Shown in pieces: positions 54,272 through 62,336 of a stretch of 64,000 bases of DNA; within the stretch, counting starts at the first letter, position 1, and each line of letters starts with the position of its first letter. A program made the translations under genes and the position numbers. The notes below the pieces were generated by a model that did not search any database, had not been told where the DNA came from, and worked only from the letters and a program-made list of their open reading frames with translations. The DNA is taken from positions 1 through 64,000 of the IMG/VR virus record IMGVR_UViG_3300036791_000264. One strand, 5' to 3'. The stretch is from a virus.

Positions 54272-55252
54272 ATGAGCGCGCTGGAGTCCCTTGGCGCCCA
54301 GTTCCACGGGTTCACGGGCGGGCCTGCTGAGGCCCACGCCATTGTCAACCCGCCACGACAGGATCGTGACCAGGAGTACTCGCTAGAACATGGGTGGCGC
54401 GACAAGCCGAAGGCTGAGCAGGGCAGGCTGTTCTCTCCTGAGTCGGTAGCTCGGCCTGAGGCCCACCAGCAGACTCCAGAGCGGTTCGCTGCTGATCCTC
54501 GGACGTGGTGGCATGGACGTGTCACAAAGGGCGGTCCTCAGGGCCGGCTGGGCGGCAGTGGCGTAGGTCGAGGGGAGGGCTTCCACGCCGGCACAGAGGG
54601 CGCCGCCCGCCAGCGCGTCACTCAGAACATCAAGCGTCGGGGCCTCAAGGAGGGCATGTCCGGTCACATGTATCCTCTGCGGATCACGGGACCGGTAGAG
54701 GGGCCAGAGAACTTGCAGCCCGACGTCAACGTCCATCGGGAGCTTGGTCCGCATCGGTATGGAGCCTGGGGTGGAGCATCCACCGGGGGTCGCTCTACGG
54801 GCTATCTCTACGAGAACAAAGTCGAAGGTGCCGGTTCGATCTCGGTCGGAGTGCCACAACGTAAGGGCTTTATGTCCACTCACCGGGAGATGGTCAAGTC
54901 CGCACAGCAGCGCGGTGAGAAGGTTCACCCCAACATCGCCTGGGCAGCCAAGACGGCCCCGGAACATACCGGGGAGAAGATCAAGGAGGTGCGTAGATAC
55001 AGCAGCACGCCGCCCCAGGGTCATCAACAGGGACTGCACGAACAGTTCCCTGAAGGCAATCGCATAGTGGATCAGGGTGGAACATACGATCCTCGCCGTA
55101 GGGAAGCCTTCATGGGGTTGCATCCCGAACCCACCAGGACGCACCGGACCAGCTACACCACCGAGTCCGGTCGACAGAAGGGCGTTTACGCCTTCAGTAC
55201 CGATCAGCCCGGTAGCGCTCTGCTGAGTAAGCAGTGGCAGCCAATGTCATGA
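54272..55252 (+). CDS. Putative ADP-ribosyltransferase-fold protein (SLGAQF tag variant)
   Basis: WWHG...GFHAGTEGAA...MYPLRI...YLYENKVEGAGSISVGV, the pattern of ART domains in phage polyvalent proteins. Confidence 0.6.
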   Translation: MSALESLGAQFHGFTGGPAEAHAIVNPPRQDRDQEYSLEHGWRDKPKAEQGRLFSPESVARPEAHQQTPERFAADPRTWWHGRVTKGGPQGRLGGSGVGRGEGFHAGTEGAARQRVTQNIKRRGLKEGMSGHMYPLRITGPVEGPENLQPDVNVHRELGPHRYGAWGGASTGGRSTGYLYENKVEGAGSISVGVPQRKGFMSTHREMVKSAQQRGEKVHPNIAWAAKTAPEHTGEKIKEVRRYSSTPPQGHQQGLHEQFPEGNRIVDQGGTYDPRRREAFMGLHPEPTRTHRTSYTTESGRQKGVYAFSTDQPGSALLSKQWQPMS

Positions 55253-55647
55253 GTCACCGCGCCCTCAACTCGGAGCAGTTCCGGTCCTTCAAGGCTGACC
55301 CCGACGAACCCGGTGGTAGGGGGTACCACACTGTCGAGGTCTGGCATCCCGAACATGTCGGGACTGAGTGGGCACAGGCTCGCCCCCAGGAACGTGACCG
55401 GTACACAGGATCGAGTGCGGATCCTGGGCACCGTCCCATCGGCTCGATCTCATGGCACCACCGGACTGGTGAGATCCTTGGCATGCATGTGGTGCCCGAA
55501 CATCAACGCCAGGGCGTAGCGACGGCTATGCACCGTCACGCCCATGAACTCGCGGCCACGAGTGGCGTCGTTCATCCTGAACACTCCTCCTATCGCACCC
55601 CTGCTGGTGACGCCTGGGCACGTTCGACTGGGGAGCGGCTTCCATGA
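55249..55647 (+). CDS. GNAT acetyltransferase (RALNSEQF tag)
   Basis: MHVVPEHQRQGVATAM acetyl-CoA motif A; HSSYRTPAGDAWA. Start ATG 55249. Confidence 0.8.
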   Translation: MSHRALNSEQFRSFKADPDEPGGRGYHTVEVWHPEHVGTEWAQARPQERDRYTGSSADPGHRPIGSISWHHRTGEILGMHVVPEHQRQGVATAMHRHAHELAATSGVVHPEHSSYRTPAGDAWARSTGERLP

Positions 55648-55994
55648 GCCAGCGCGCCCTAAATAACGAGCAGTTCGGGGACTACACCTTGGAGTACGCC
55701 AAGCCGGATATGTACATCCCTAGGCACCGTATTGTGGCGAGTAAGGAGGGGCAACGGGCCGGGGAGATGACCTGGCATCCCAAGACCCATGCTGTCACTG
55801 GCATCAATGTGGAGGAGGGTGAGCGTCGCCAGGGACTGGCTACGGCCATGTGGAAGATGGGCCAGAACGTGCGCCCTAAGCCGGTGCATTCCGCTGATCG
55901 CACCACCGCTGGGGAAGCCTGGGCCAAGTCGGTGGGAGGACGCTTGCCTCGTCGTAAGCCGGTGCTGGACCCGATCTCCAGGAGGGAAGTGTGA
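55644..55994 (+). CDS. GNAT acetyltransferase (RALNNEQF tag)
   Basis: INVEEGERRQGLATAM; HSADRTTAGEAWA; paralogue of the previous gene. Confidence 0.8.
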   Translation: MSQRALNNEQFGDYTLEYAKPDMYIPRHRIVASKEGQRAGEMTWHPKTHAVTGINVEEGERRQGLATAMWKMGQNVRPKPVHSADRTTAGEAWAKSVGGRLPRRKPVLDPISRREV

Positions 55995-56122
55995 GCCGGC
56001 GCGCCCTGAGTCCGCAGCAGTTCGACCTCATGGTGACCAACGAGCGCGAGGTGGAACAGAAGAGGCGCGAGGATAGGGCTGGGATCCAGTGCCCAGAGGA
56101 CGAGGATAAGGATGAGCGTTGA
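55991..56122 (+). CDS. 43-aa peptide made of the tag plus a charged tail
   Basis: Not in the ORF track. GGAGGG RBS, GTGA overlap: MSRRALSPQQFDLMVTNEREVEQKRREDRAGIQCPEDEDKDER. Confidence 0.65.
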   Translation: MSRRALSPQQFDLMVTNEREVEQKRREDRAGIQCPEDEDKDER

Positions 56123-57539
56123 GCTTTACTTCGGTGGCGCAGAGGTGCCCACCTGGCGCAAGCTGCTGGCCCAGGAGCGCGTCCCCCACATCGGCATCAA
56201 CTACCTCCACCTGAAGGCTCGCCTGCCCCAGGAGAAGCCCTGGAGCCTGGCTCAGCACTTCCCTGAGGAAGCCAAGCTGTTCCTGGTGTCAGGCGCCTCA
56301 GGCACCGAGAAGAAGGGCTGGAGCCAGGATCAGCACGAGGCGTTCTTCGCCGGCTACTTCGACTTCGTCCGGGCCAACATTGAGCGGCTGGCCTACTTCA
56401 CCGAGTACGACCCCCTGGGCCTGGGCCTGGAGTGGGTGCTGGGCCAGCGCGAGGTCTGGGCGGGCCTGGCCGACGACAAGCTGGTGCCCATCTGGCACGA
56501 GACCTGGGGTGCGCCTCTGCTCAGGGACATGGTCGAGGCGCACCCCAATCTGGGGGTGCCTCCTGTCACGCCCAGGCTCCAGAACGTACTGGGGAGCCTG
56601 GTCAGGCGCACGAGGATTTCCCTGCACGGGCTGTCCTTCGGCCACCCCTATGATGCTCCTGGCGGTCTTTATCGCACCATTGTCTCCTCGTCGTGGATCT
56701 CCCCCACCCGCTTCGGGGAGACCGTGGTGTGGGATCAGAACCGCCTGCGGCGCTATCCCGCCGACGAGAAGGCCAAGATCCGCATCCGGCATGCCCAGCA
56801 CTTCACCCAGGCCGGCTTCGACGCGAAGAAGATCCAGGCTGACGACCGCAAGGAGGTGGCCCGGTACACCATCTGGGCTTGGCGGCAGATGGAGGAGTCC
56901 ATGGTGGGTCCAGGATCAACTCACGAAGGCAACGGGCGAGTCTCGGATAACGGCTCTGTGCCCGTCGATCTAGTTGGTCACGGTGCCGTGGAACGACACC
57001 AAAACGGTTCTGATGGCCGAGAGGTCATGCCGGTGTTCGGCTTCCGCCCGGTGACCTCCACGATCCCCAACCCGGACGGCGCCGGCACCGTCGAGGTGAC
57101 CAGCCAGGTGGCGGTAATGGGGCAGGCCAGCCTACGTAGCTGCAACTCCTGCTCCCTGGCCGTGGTGTGCCCGCTGCACGAGCCAGGCTCGGAGTGCAAG
57201 TACTCGATCCCGGTCGAGATCCGCAACCGTGATCAACTGTTGGGCATCCTGCACTCGCTCCTGGAGATGCAGGGCCAGCGCGTGGCCTTCGGCTTCTTCA
57301 CAGAGCAGCTTCAAGGGGGCTATCCCGACGCTAACCTGTCGATGGAGTTGGACCGGTTCATGAAGATGACCCAGTCGGTTAAGGACATCCAGGACAACCG
57401 GGACTTCTTGAAGGTGACGGTGGAGGGGCGTGCCCAGGCGGGAGTGTTATCCAGGCTGTTCGGAGCCGAGAGAGCCGAGTCGTTGCGTCGAGTCGATCCC
57501 GACAAGGCCGAGAACGCTGTCCGCAGAACGATGGAGTAA
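56112..57539 (+). CDS. TGT/DpdA-like TIM-barrel protein (catalytic Asp positions altered) plus Cys4 domain
   Basis: LYFGG, LFLVSGA, EYD, VPIWH, LHGL, SSSWISPTRFGE order matches phage queuine-tRNA-ribosyltransferase-like proteins; CNSC...C...C follows. Confidence 0.6.
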   Translation: MSVELYFGGAEVPTWRKLLAQERVPHIGINYLHLKARLPQEKPWSLAQHFPEEAKLFLVSGASGTEKKGWSQDQHEAFFAGYFDFVRANIERLAYFTEYDPLGLGLEWVLGQREVWAGLADDKLVPIWHETWGAPLLRDMVEAHPNLGVPPVTPRLQNVLGSLVRRTRISLHGLSFGHPYDAPGGLYRTIVSSSWISPTRFGETVVWDQNRLRRYPADEKAKIRIRHAQHFTQAGFDAKKIQADDRKEVARYTIWAWRQMEESMVGPGSTHEGNGRVSDNGSVPVDLVGHGAVERHQNGSDGREVMPVFGFRPVTSTIPNPDGAGTVEVTSQVAVMGQASLRSCNSCSLAVVCPLHEPGSECKYSIPVEIRNRDQLLGILHSLLEMQGQRVAFGFFTEQLQGGYPDANLSMELDRFMKMTQSVKDIQDNRDFLKVTVEGRAQAGVLSRLFGAERAESLRRVDPDKAENAVRRTME

Positions 57540-57571
57540 GCGCGCCCTCTACTGGACCCTCTTCGTCATGG

Positions 57572-57781
57572 CTACGGCGGTGGTGGTGCTACTGGGACTC
57601 TGCCTGGGGATCCTCCTCGCCTTGATGACCTCCTAGGCGGGTCCATGAAGATCTGATCGGCGTGGTGCTTGGCCCGTGCGAACTGGCCCCAGCCGCCTCG
57701 CTCCTCCAGGTAGTCCACCCAGGCTTTCCACTCCCAGTGCCTGGCTCGCCACAGCCGCCATCTCCACCGTATTTTTTTCAC
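57572..57781 (-). CDS. Trp/Arg-rich small protein
   Basis: Starts at the stop of the upstream gene. Confidence 0.45.
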   Translation of the reverse strand: MKKIRWRWRLWRARHWEWKAWVDYLEERGGWGQFARAKHHADQIFMDPPRRSSRRGGSPGRVPVAPPPP

Positions 57782-58047
57782 TAGTCAGGCAGCCTTTTGT
57801 TCTTGATTTTCTGAGACTCTACCGCTTTCTGGTGGAAGTAGTCGGCTATGTCGAGTTGCTGCTGGTACACGTCAGGGTCCATGTCATCGGCCATGAGATC
57901 GAGGACGGTCAGGATGGCGTTGGTGTAGGCATGCAGGGCACTGCTGGCGTAAACATCCTTGAGGCGGATAACCACAGCGTCATCCACAAGTTCTCCACTG
58001 ATCTTGTGGACAACGTACTTGGCTTGCTCTTCTTCGATCTGAGTCAT
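57781..58047 (-). CDS. Hypothetical protein
   Basis: ATG 58047 with CAGGCT 6 nt upstream; DAVVIRLKDVYASSALHAY...KRLPD. Confidence 0.65.
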   Translation of the reverse strand: MTQIEEEQAKYVVHKISGELVDDAVVIRLKDVYASSALHAYTNAILTVLDLMADDMDPDVYQQQLDIADYFHQKAVESQKIKNKRLPD

Positions 58048-58159
58048 GGCGCCAGCCTGACAGGACGAGCCGGCGCGACAGGGGCCTGGGGGGAATCGCC
58101 TCCGGAGGTAATCCCCGGTGCCCACGGCTACCCAGGTGGCCGTCGTTACGCTCGGAGCT

Positions 58160-59158
58160 ATGGCCGTGAAGATGATCCTCCAGGATGGGCCGCTCGCTGG
58201 GGAACAGCAGCTAGTCGAGAACCTCAACACCACCCCTGGGTACGAGATGCAGTTCAACATCCCGAACTACCAGACCTTCGACGCTGCTGGTGAGTCGGTG
58301 GTGGGCCAGGGCCTGGTGGCGGTCTACAGCTATCTGGGGCCTGGGCCGGCTCCAGGAGGAAGTGACACCTGGACGTCGTCCTCGATCTACGAGTTCACAG
58401 GTGAGTACTTCGTGCAGCCACCTGGGCCGGTGACGCCTCCTGGGCCATTGCCGCTGCCGCCCGCGGTGTTCCTGAACGCCTTGAGCGGTATGACGGTCAA
58501 TGCCGACGACCCAGCGGCGGGGGTCCAGCTTGTTGGCCTCGCCGGCATGACGGTCGACGCCACAACTACCTCAATCGGCTACGCCACTGTGGCTCTGTTG
58601 GCTGAGACCGTCATGAGCATTACCCGCCAGTCCTGGTCGAACGTGGTCAGCATGAGCGCCCAGACAACTCTGCAAGTGACAGGGTCTGGTCCGGTCAATG
58701 TTCTGACTGCGGAGGACACTTCGTTTGAGGGTGGCACCACAGGTGATTGGACCGCCGCACTCAACTGCACGATTGCCAACTCCACCGCTCAGGCTCAGGA
58801 CGGTACTCATTCATTAGCAATGACCGCTACCGCGGCTGGGAACATGATGGTGGCGCTCCCGCACGCGGTTTCTGGGATCTCGGTCATACCGGGCACGACG
58901 TACACCTTTCGATGTGGATTTTTCCCCGCCGCCCAGGTCAGATCAGTCGTCGCGTATATCCAGTGGTACAACGCTGCCGGTACCAACATAAATCAGTCAC
59001 AGGCAAGTGCTACTGAGGTGGCTGGGCAGTGGGTCTCTGTGAACGCCACAGGGGTAGCCCCAGCCGGGGCGGTAACGGTCGATTTACAGGCCATGGTCAG
59101 CAGTGCTGCGATCAACGGGGTCCACTACATCGATTTGATCGAGTTCTTCTCCCACTAA
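58160..59158 (+). CDS. Virion-type protein with C-terminal CBM4/9-like carbohydrate-binding domain
   Basis: NVL...SFEGGTTGDW...DGTHSL...VIPGTTYTF...IQWYNAAG...APAGA...YID; GGTG (58117) / TACGCT (58147) promoter. Confidence 0.7.
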   Translation: MAVKMILQDGPLAGEQQLVENLNTTPGYEMQFNIPNYQTFDAAGESVVGQGLVAVYSYLGPGPAPGGSDTWTSSSIYEFTGEYFVQPPGPVTPPGPLPLPPAVFLNALSGMTVNADDPAAGVQLVGLAGMTVDATTTSIGYATVALLAETVMSITRQSWSNVVSMSAQTTLQVTGSGPVNVLTAEDTSFEGGTTGDWTAALNCTIANSTAQAQDGTHSLAMTATAAGNMMVALPHAVSGISVIPGTTYTFRCGFFPAAQVRSVVAYIQWYNAAGTNINQSQASATEVAGQWVSVNATGVAPAGAVTVDLQAMVSSAAINGVHYIDLIEFFSH

Positions 59159-59172
59159 CCCTAAGGAAAAAC

Positions 59173-59400
59173 ATGAGCAGCTTGATTACCCTCCGGACCA
59201 CCGATGGCCGGGTCATCCATGGCATCAACTACACGGTCAACACCACCGGCCTGCCCACCGATCCAGTGAGGTTGGCTGCGGGTATGCCAGGTGGGTTGGC
59301 CTATGGCGTGTACCACGTCCAGACCCCTAGTGGCTGGCAGTACATCCCGGCCAGTCAGATCGCCGCTGTCCTGCAAACCAAGGCCGGCGCCCCCACATGA
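59173..59400 (+). CDS. Hypothetical protein
   Basis: AAGGAA RBS, ATG 59173. Confidence 0.55.
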   Translation: MSSLITLRTTDGRVIHGINYTVNTTGLPTDPVRLAAGMPGGLAYGVYHVQTPSGWQYIPASQIAAVLQTKAGAPT

Positions 59401-60128
59401 GCGGCGAACACACCCATCCCACCCATGGTGTGGGACTGCTGGAGTCCTCAGATATTTTCCACCGAGTGATCAACGAGAAGGGGTCACAGCGCATAGGCAT
59501 CACGCCGTGGGAGCAGGAGCGTCTGCAACCGGCCAGCTATGAGATGGCGCTCGGATCCAAGTTCCGGGTGTTCAGCCCGGTGATGACCGAGATCGACCCG
59601 GAGTTCCCTGGGGACTACACCCAGTTGATCGACATCGATGACAACGAGCAGGAGTGGTACGACCAGGGTTACTACCTGCTCTTGCCAGGGGAGTTCATCC
59701 TGGGTAGCTCGGTGGAGACCTTCACCTTCCCATCCGATGTGGCAGGAGAACTCACCGGGAAATCATCCATCGGACGCCTGGGCCTCCAGGTACACGCCAC
59801 TGCTGGCTTCTTCGATCCCGGTTTCCGGGGTACGGCCACCCTGGAGATCTCCAACCTGGCTCGGGTACCGATCAGGTTGCGCTCTGGCCTGGTCATCGCT
59901 CAGATGCGCTTCGTCACCTTGTCCAGGCCCAGCGAGTGGGCCTACGGACACCCGTCGCGTCACTCCCACTACCAGGGTCAGAATGGCCCCACACCCAGCC
60001 GGCACGGCTCGCGACTGACCATCAAGAGGCCGGAAGAGGTTCCAGAGCAGATCGCAGAGCAGCTACAGATCCCCGGAGAAGACTGGTCGAAGTATGAGCG
60101 CCATGAATGGAGCGGGACTGGACATTAG
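59397..60128 (+). CDS. dcd: dCTP deaminase
   Basis: LQPASYE, GKSSIGRLGL..HATAGFFDPGFRG..TLEISN, IAQM, YQGQNGPTPSR. Confidence 0.93.
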   Translation: MSGEHTHPTHGVGLLESSDIFHRVINEKGSQRIGITPWEQERLQPASYEMALGSKFRVFSPVMTEIDPEFPGDYTQLIDIDDNEQEWYDQGYYLLLPGEFILGSSVETFTFPSDVAGELTGKSSIGRLGLQVHATAGFFDPGFRGTATLEISNLARVPIRLRSGLVIAQMRFVTLSRPSEWAYGHPSRHSHYQGQNGPTPSRHGSRLTIKRPEEVPEQIAEQLQIPGEDWSKYERHEWSGTGH

Positions 60129-60513
60129 CTGCGGTTGCTACAGCGGCACCTGTGAGGCTTTCGACGCCCTGCGGATCATGCTGTCAATGTCAGCCGGCTA
60201 TGGCGTCCTGGATCATCGCCACCAGGGTGGCCCGGTGATGCCCGATCTCCCCTACTACACCTACAGCACTGATGACTTGCTCGGGGAGTGGCCCAATGGC
60301 GCCCCTGATGATCCCTTGATCATCCTCCTGGCTCACCACGAGCATGAGGGGCGGATCAAGCGGGAGCATGCCTCTTATCTGGCTGATCGCCTGGAGGAGC
60401 TAAGCGCGGTCCTCCTGGGGCACCCGGACATGCGTTGGGCACTGATGACCCAGCAGTTCGTGCGGGGCCTGCGCTACGCCGTGAGCAATCACATGGATGT
60501 TCAGTTCAACTAA
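60094..60513 (+). CDS. Hypothetical protein
   Basis: GLDIS...DPLIILLAHHEHEGRI...LADRLEEL; start uncertain. Confidence 0.65.
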   Translation: MSAMNGAGLDISCGCYSGTCEAFDALRIMLSMSAGYGVLDHRHQGGPVMPDLPYYTYSTDDLLGEWPNGAPDDPLIILLAHHEHEGRIKREHASYLADRLEELSAVLLGHPDMRWALMTQQFVRGLRYAVSNHMDVQFN

Positions 60514-60523
60514 TGTGCGGACC

Positions 60524-60766
60524 ATGACTACCACTGAGGGCACTCTGGATGATGGATGGGACTTCGCCACTGATCCTCTCAATCCCCAGCCCTACATCTA
60601 CCCCGTTTGCCCTGACTGCAAGGAGGCGTGGGTCTACACCCGTTGCCTCAGCCTTTCTCGGGGCGGCTATTACTGGGCGTGGATGCGGCCTCAGCCGGTC
60701 ACGAAGGGGTGTCGTCACAAGGGCCACCCTCAGATGCAGAACGACAGAGAGAATCCCGGTGACTGA
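60524..60766 (+). CDS. Small Zn-ribbon-like protein
   Basis: CPDC...C...CRH. Confidence 0.55.
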   Translation: MTTTEGTLDDGWDFATDPLNPQPYIYPVCPDCKEAWVYTRCLSLSRGGYYWAWMRPQPVTKGCRHKGHPQMQNDRENPGD

Positions 60767-60950
60767 CGAATACCACCAGAAGCTGGACGAGCATTCCTTC
60801 GTTCACCGCGTGGATCCCCTGCGAGATGCAGCCCGCAGGGCGGTGTCGGTCTGGCATCAGGAAGACAACCAAGAGAAGAACGATCTGAGTGAGGAGTTCT
60901 GGTCAGCTATGGGTGAGCTAGAGACAGTCCTGGAGTCGGTGAAGAGATGA
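60759..60950 (+). CDS. Hypothetical protein
   Basis: GTG 60759, overlaps neighbours. Confidence 0.5.
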   Translation: MTDEYHQKLDEHSFVHRVDPLRDAARRAVSVWHQEDNQEKNDLSEEFWSAMGELETVLESVKR

Positions 60951-61444
60951 GTGATGAAGCTGTCGACGTTAAGCCAATCGTGGTCGGTGCCCGTAGCCTG
61001 GGGTTGGACAACGATCCTCAGTTCTGGCAGGAGGTCAACACCAGTCCCTACCTACAGGCGGCAGTCACAGCCCTGGGGCAGCACCTGGAGAGGGTGCCTG
61101 AAGTCGAGGTGACCGCAGATGTCCGCTCGCTCATGCATGTGGAAGCTGCTGAGAGGCCCCCAGCAGCCCGCAGGAGCGCCGCAAAAAATGTTTCCTCCCC
61201 ACACCTCCAGAACGCATTTATTGACGAGGCACGGCATTCTATGGGCCAGCCCTCCCTGGAGGACTGCCACCGGCTTCTCGACGCCTTCGTGGAGATCGAC
61301 TTCAATGACGACAAGCCTTCGGTACGAGGCGTCGTGACCCTTGTCACCCAGCCATCTGTTGGCCCCGCCTACGTGATGCTCGACAACGACACGAAGCTGA
61401 TGTACCCGCTCAACTCGATCCAGGCCATAAGGAGGATGCCCTGA
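60947..61444 (+). CDS. Hypothetical protein
   Basis: ATGA and TGATG coupling to neighbours. Confidence 0.6.
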   Translation: MSDEAVDVKPIVVGARSLGLDNDPQFWQEVNTSPYLQAAVTALGQHLERVPEVEVTADVRSLMHVEAAERPPAARRSAAKNVSSPHLQNAFIDEARHSMGQPSLEDCHRLLDAFVEIDFNDDKPSVRGVVTLVTQPSVGPAYVMLDNDTKLMYPLNSIQAIRRMP

Positions 61445-62028
61445 TGGATCTGCCCACCATTGAAGTCACTGAGGAAGAGGCCCAGGCCAAGCTGGCTGAG
61501 TATGAGAAGATGCTGGCTCAGGACCGCACCGTCGAAGACGAGGCCATCGCCCAGGCGTACCGTGCGGCCAAGCGTGGCCTCCAGGTGGTGCGCTTGACCG
61601 AAGCCGTCAAGATGGCCGGTTACTTCGACACTGGTCTGCCTCGCATCGCCATCGCGGGCGCCACCTGGCCTGAGTGCTTTGTGGTCTGGAGTGGGGATGA
61701 CCTCGTCTTCACCGATGACGGGGGCTGGTCTCACAACCGCGGTGCCCTGGTGGGGCGTGGTTCAGTGCGGGTGCCCATGCATGATGTGGGAGTTGCCCCC
61801 GTGCGGAACTGGCGACGTGGTCAGGCTCCTATTCCTCTGGTGCCGCCCCGCTGCCGCCCCAGACCTCGCCGGCTGAAGCACTGTCACGTCCTGTGGGAGG
61901 TGGAGGCGTGGAACAACGTGCCCGCCAAGGATCCCGCTCTGCTGCGTCATATACGTGGTGACCTCTGGGCGGTGCTGGCGGTGTGGGATCTGACAGATTT
62001 GGAAAGGGCTATCCTTGCCCAGCGCTGA
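61444..62028 (+). CDS. Hypothetical phage protein
   Basis: AGGAGG RBS; GLPRIAIA...PLVPP...VLWEVEAW...DPALLRH..GDLWAVLAVWDLTDLE. Confidence 0.75.
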   Translation: MDLPTIEVTEEEAQAKLAEYEKMLAQDRTVEDEAIAQAYRAAKRGLQVVRLTEAVKMAGYFDTGLPRIAIAGATWPECFVVWSGDDLVFTDDGGWSHNRGALVGRGSVRVPMHDVGVAPVRNWRRGQAPIPLVPPRCRPRPRRLKHCHVLWEVEAWNNVPAKDPALLRHIRGDLWAVLAVWDLTDLERAILAQR

Positions 62029-62336
62029 CCTAGGAGGCGAGGCGGGAGGGCCGGCGAGCGGGATTGATCACCCGCCACGAGTCAGCGACGAAACGGCTGA
62101 CCCCTCCCGTCTTGACCTTGACTCGTTCACTGTCGAGGCCATCCCTGGCTTCAACGTGACCATCTGGCCCACGCGGGACCATCTACACCATCTGGTCGCC
62201 ACCAGGGTCATGGTGGCTGCTCTGGATCCAGCCCACCCCGTCAATGGCACCATCATGCGCCGGGTCTCAGTGGCTCGCCTGTTGGAGGAGCATGACCACC
62301 CGGACAGCAAGCCGTGGTTCGACGTACAAACCAGTC

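Noticed and set aside
57529-57636. A ninth tagged ORF (frame reading ...WSKRALYWTLFVM...)
   Set aside because: No start codon directly before SKRAL and no QF; at most a short hydrophobic peptide overlapping a minus-strand gene.
56112-60128. Complete 7-deazaguanine or other DNA hypermodification pathway
   Set aside because: No folE/queD/queE/queC-like genes are visible and the TGT-like protein lacks its catalytic Asp residues; dcd alone is ordinary nucleotide metabolism.
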